Assembly (NCBI GenBank): GCA_964016885.1
Contig: OZ024744.1
Coordinates: 134,912,001 to 134,976,000, forward strand
Length of the DNA: 64,000 nucleotides
Direction of reading: 5' to 3'
Source: Eledone cirrhosa
Taxonomy: Eukaryota
The translations under genes and the position numbers were made by a program. Shown piece after piece: positions 59,740 to 64,000 of the stretch. Position 1 is the first letter of the stretch. Each line of letters begins with the position of its first letter. The notes beneath the pieces were generated by a model, which was not told where the DNA came from, ran no database searches, and saw only the letters and a program-made list of their open reading frames with translations.

Positions 59740-62700
59740 TTAAATTAAGGTGGGGTTAAATTAAGTTGGGGTTAAGTTAAGTTGGGGGTAAGTTAAGTTG
59801 GGGGCAAGTTAAGTTGGGGTTAATTTAAGTTGGGGTTAAATTAAGTTGGGGTTACGTTAAGTTGGTGTTAAGTTAAGTTGGGGTTAATTTAAGTTGGGGT
59901 TACTTAAGTTGGGGTTAAGTTAAGTTGGGGTTAAGTTAAGTTGGGGTTAATTTAAGTTGGGGTTGAGTTAAGTTGGGGTTAAGTTAAGTTGGGGTTATAT
60001 TAAGTTGGGGTTAAGTTAAGTTGGGGTTCAGTTAAGTTGGGGATAAGTTAAGTTGGGGTTAAGTTAAGTTGGGGTTAATTAAGTTGGGGTTAAGTTAAGT
60101 TGGGGTTAAGTTAAGTTGGGGCTAAGTTAAGTTGGGGCTGAGTTAAGTTGGGGCTGAGTTAAGTAGGGGTTAAGTTAATTTGGGGTTGAGTTAATTCGGG
60201 GTTAAGTTAAGTTGGGGTCAAGTTAAGTTGGGGTTAAGTTGGGGTTAAGTTAAGTTAGGTTTAAGTGAAGTTGGGGTTAAGTTAAGTTGGGGTTAAGTTA
60301 AGTTGGGGTTAAGTTAAGTTGGGGTTAAGTTAATTTGTGGTTTAGTTAAGTTGGGGTTAAGTTAAGTTGGGGTTAAGTTAAGTTGGGGTTAAGTTAAGTC
60401 GGGGTTAAGTTAAGTTGGGGTTAAGTTAAGTTGGGGTTAAGTTAAGTTGGGGTTAAGTTAAGTTGGGGTTAATTTAAGTTGGGGTTAAGTTAAGTTGAGG
60501 TTAAGTTAAGTTGGGGTTAAATTAAGTTGGGGTTAAGTTAAGTTGGGGTTAAGTTAAGTTGGGGTTAAGTTAAGTTGGGGATAAGTTAAGTTGGGGTTAA
60601 GTTAAGTTGGGGTTAAGTTAAGTTGGGGTTAAGTTAAGTTGGGGCTAAGTTAAGTTGGGGCTGAGTTAAGTTGGGGTTAAGTTAAGTTGGGGTTAAGTTA
60701 AGTTGGGGATAATTTAAGTTGGGGTTTATTTAAGTTGGGGTTAAGTTAAGTTGGGGTTCAGTTAAGTTGGGGTTCAGTTAAGTTGGGGTTAAGTTAAGTT
60801 GGGTTTAAGTTAAGTTGGGGTTAAATTAAGTTGGGGTTAAATTAAGTTGGGGTTAAGTTAAGTTGGGGGTAAGTTAAGTTGGGGGCAAGTTAAGTTGGGG
60901 TTAATTTAAGTTGGGGTTAAATTAAGTTGGGGTTACGTTAAGTTGGTGTTAAGTTAAGTTGGGGTTAATTTAAGTTGGGGTTACTTAAGTTGGGGTTAAG
61001 TTAAGTTGGGGTTAAGTTAAGTTGGGGTTAATTTAAGTTGGGGTTGAGTTAAGTTGGGGTTAAGTTAAGTTGGGGTTATATTAAGTTGGGGTTAAGTTAA
61101 GTTGGGGTTCAGTTAAGTTGGGGATAAGTTAAGTTGGGGTTAAGTTAAGTTGGGGTTAATTAATTTGGGGTTAAGTTAAGTTGGGGTTAAGTTAAGTTGG
61201 GGCTAAGTTAAGTTGGGGCTGAGTTAAGTTGGGGCTGAGTTAAGTTGGGGTTAAGTTAATTTGGGGTTGAGTTAATTCGGGGTTAAGTTAAGTTGGGGTC
61301 AAGTTAAGTTGGGGTTAAGTTGGGGTTAAGTTAAGTTAGGTTTAAGTTAAGTTGGGGTTAAGTTAAGTTGGGGTTAAGTTAAGTTGGGGTTAAGTTAAGT
61401 TGGGGTTAAGTTAATTTGTGGTTTAGTTAAGTTGGGGTTAAGTTAAGTTGGGGTTAAGTTAAGTTGGGGTTAAGTTAAGTCGGGGTTAAGTTAAGTTGGG
61501 GTTAAGTTAAGTTGGGGTTAAGTTAAGTTGGGGTTAAGTTAAGTTGGGGTTAAGTTAAGTTGGGGTTAAGTTAAGTTGAGGTTAAGTTAAGTTGGGGTTA
61601 AATTAAGTTGGGGTTAAGTTAAGTTGGGGTTAAGTTAAGTTGGGGTTAAGTTAAGTTGGGGATAAGTTAAGTTGGGGATAATTTAAGTTGGGGTTAAGTT
61701 AAGTTGGGTTTAAGTTAAGTTGGGGTTAAGTTAAGTTGGGGTTAAGTTAAGTTGGGGTTAAGTTAAGTTGGGGCTAAGTTAAGTTGGGGCTGAGTTAAGT
61801 TGGGGTTAAGTTAAGTTGGGGTTAAGTTAAGTTGGGGATAATTTAAGTTGGGGTTTATTTAAGTTGGGGTTAAGTTAAGTTGGGGTTCAGTTAAGTTGGG
61901 GTTCAGTTAAGTTGGGGTTAAGTTAAGTTGGGGTTGAGTTAAGTTGGGGTTGAGTTAAATTGGGGTTGAGTTAAGTTGGGGTTGAGTTAAGTTGGTGTTG
62001 AGTTAAGTTGGGGTTAAGTTAAGTTGGGGTTAAGTTAAGTTGCAGTTAAGTTAAGTTGAGGTTAAGTTAAGGTGGGGTTAAGTTAAGTCGGGGTTAAGTT
62101 AAGTTGTGGTTGAGTTAAGTTGGGGTTAATTTAAGTTGGGGCTAAGTTAATTTGTGGTTAAGTTAAGTTGGGGTTAAGTTAAGTTGGGGTTAAGTTAAGT
62201 TGGGGTTGAGTTAAGTTGGGGTTGAGTTAATTTGGGGTTAAGTTAAGTTGGGGTTAAGTTAAGTTGGGTTTAAGTTAAGTTGGGGTTAAATTAAGTTGGG
62301 GTTAAATTAAGTTGGGGTTAAGTTAAGTTGGGGGTAAGTTAAGTTAGGGGCAAGTTAAGTTGGGGTTAATTTAAGTTGGGGTTAAATTAAGTTGGGGTTA
62401 CGTTAAGTTGGTGTTAAGTTAAGTTGGGGTTAATTTAAGTTGGGGTTACTTAAGTTGGGGTTAAGTTAAGTTGGGGTTAAGTTAAGTTGGGGTTAATTTA
62501 AGTTGGGGTTGAGTTAAGTTGGGGTTAAGTTAAGTTGGGGTTATATTAAGTTGGGGTTAAGTTAAGTTGGGGTTCAGTTAAGTTGGGGATAAGTTAAGTT
62601 GGGGTTAAGTTAAATTGGGGTTAATTAAGTTGGGGTTAAGTTAAGTTGGGGTTAAGTTAAGTTGGGGCTAAGTTAAGTTGGGGCTGAGTTAAGTTGGGTC

Positions 62701-63330
62701 TGAGTTAAGTTGGGGTTAAGTTAATTTGGGGTTGAGTTAATTCGGGGTTAAGTTAAGTTGGGGTTAAGTTGGGGTTAAGTTAAGTTAGGTTTAAGTTAAG
62801 TTGGGGTTAAGTTAAGTTGGGGTTAAGTTAAGTTGGGGTTAAGTTAAGTTGGGGTTAAGTTAAGTTGGGGTTAAGTTAATTTGTGGTTTAGTTAAGTTGG
62901 GGTTAAGTTAAGTTGGGGTTAAGTTAAGTTGGGGTTAAGTTAAGTCGGGGTTAAGTTAAGTTGGGGTTAAGTTAAGTTGGGGTTAAGTTAAGTTGGGGTT
63001 AAGTTAAGTTGGGGTTAAGTTAAGTTGGGGTTAAGTTAAGTTGGGGTTAAGTTAAGTTGAGGTTAAGTTAAGTTGGGGTTAAATTAAGTTGGGGTTAAGT
63101 TAAGTTGGGGTTAAGTTAAGTTGGGGTTAAGTTAAGTTGGGGATAAGTTAAGTTGGGGATAATTTAAGTTGGGGTTAAGTTAAGTTGGGTTTAAGTTAAG
63201 TTGGGGTTAAGTTAAGTTGGGGCTAAGTTAAGTTGGGGCTGAGTTAAGTTGGAGTTAAGTTAAGTTGGGGTTAAGTTAAGTTGGGGTTAATTTAAGTTGG
63301 GGTTTATTTAAGTTGGGGTTAAGTTAAGTT
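59740..63330 (+). repeat. Three related ~1.1-1.5-kb units without islands (approximate ends)
   Basis: Private markers TACTTAAG at 59901/60982/62447 and TTAATTCGGGG at 60191/61272/62737 (offsets 1081 and 1465). Confidence 0.85.
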
Positions 63331-64000
63331 GGGGTTCAGTTAAGTTGGGGTTAAGTTAAGTTGGGGTTAAGATGGGGTTAACTTAAGTTGGGGTTAAGTT
63401 AAGTTGGGGTTAAGTTAAGTTGGGGTTAAGTTAAGTTGGGGTTAAGTTAAGTCGGGGTTAAGTTAAGTCGGGGTTAAGTTAAGTTAGGGTTCAGTTAATT
63501 GGGGTTAAGTTAAGTTGGGGTTGAGTTAAGTTGGGGTTGAGTTAAATTGGGGTTGAGTTAAGTTGGGGTTGAGTTAAGTTGGTGTTGAGTTAAGTTGGGG
63601 TTAAGTTAAGTTGGGGTTAAATTAAGTTGGGGTTAAATTAAGTTGGGGTTAAGTTAAGTTGGGGGTAAGTTAAGTTGGGGGCAAGTTAAGTTGGGGTTAA
63701 TTTAAGTTGGGGTTAAATTAAGTTGGGGTTACGTTAAGTTGGTGCTAAGTTAAGTTGGGGTTAATTTAAGTTGGGGTTAATTAAGTTGGGGTTAAGTTAA
63801 GTTGGGGTTAAGTTAAGTTGGGGTTAATTTAAGTTGGGGTTGAGTTAAGTTGGGGTTAAGTTAATTTGGGGTTATATTAAGTTGGGGTTAAGTTAAGTTG
63901 GGGTTCAGTTAAGTTGGGGTTAAGTTAAGTTGGGGTTAAGTTAAGTTGAGGTTAAGTTAAGTTGGGGTTAAGTTAAGTTGGTGTTAAGTTAAGTTGGGGC

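Larger units (their letters stand above)
1..64000 (+). repeat. Satellite/minisatellite tandem array, 16-bp monomer TTAAGTTAAGTTGGGG (roughly 4,000 monomer equivalents), running off both window ends
   Basis: Monomer read directly throughout. Recurrent variants include TTGAG, TTCAG, CTAAG, TTAAT, TCGGGG, TTGTGG, TTGCAG, TTGAGG and GTGCGG, plus 11-bp (TTAAGTTGGGG, TTAAGATGGGG) and 15-bp (TTAATTAAGTTGGGG) length variants. Confidence 0.99.

Noticed and set aside
1741-63750. Exact 62,000-bp offset as evidence of synthetic construction or windowing artefact
   Set aside because: The two blocks differ at some positions and the match is limited to ~490 visible bp; the round number is most likely coincidence.
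1-64000. Protein-coding repeat ORF on either strand
   Set aside because: TTAA occurs twice per monomer, giving TAA on both strands, and the 16-bp period rotates the frame, so all six frames close within a few monomers.
1-64000. CRISPR array
   Set aside because: There are no unique spacers; monomers abut directly and no cas genes are present.

Overview
The whole 64 kb window is one eukaryotic-type satellite array of a 16-bp G-rich monomer, consensus TTAAGTTAAGTTGGGG (6 T, 4 A, 6 G, no C on the + strand). I see no genes, RNA genes, transposons or unique sequence. Both strands carry two TAA per monomer, and the 16-bp period moves these stops through all frames. The array is punctuated by 22 short (175-216 bp) islands of the same satellite in inverted orientation, spaced 1.4-4.7 kb apart. 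All share the same junctions and variant monomers, so they appear to descend from one inversion event. The left junction is a zero-spacer palindrome (GGGGTT|AACCCC), the right is a 6-nt-loop inverted repeat (GCCC AAAGTC GGGG), and a conserved, variant-rich ~400-bp flank follows. Variant monomers reveal nested tandem duplications of about 80 bp, 303 bp, 1.1-1.5 kb, 1.3 kb, 2 kb, 6.5 kb and 18 kb. The organism and chromosomal context (telomeric, interstitial or centromeric) cannot be determined from this window. Coordinates were read by eye; duplication breakpoints are approximate.
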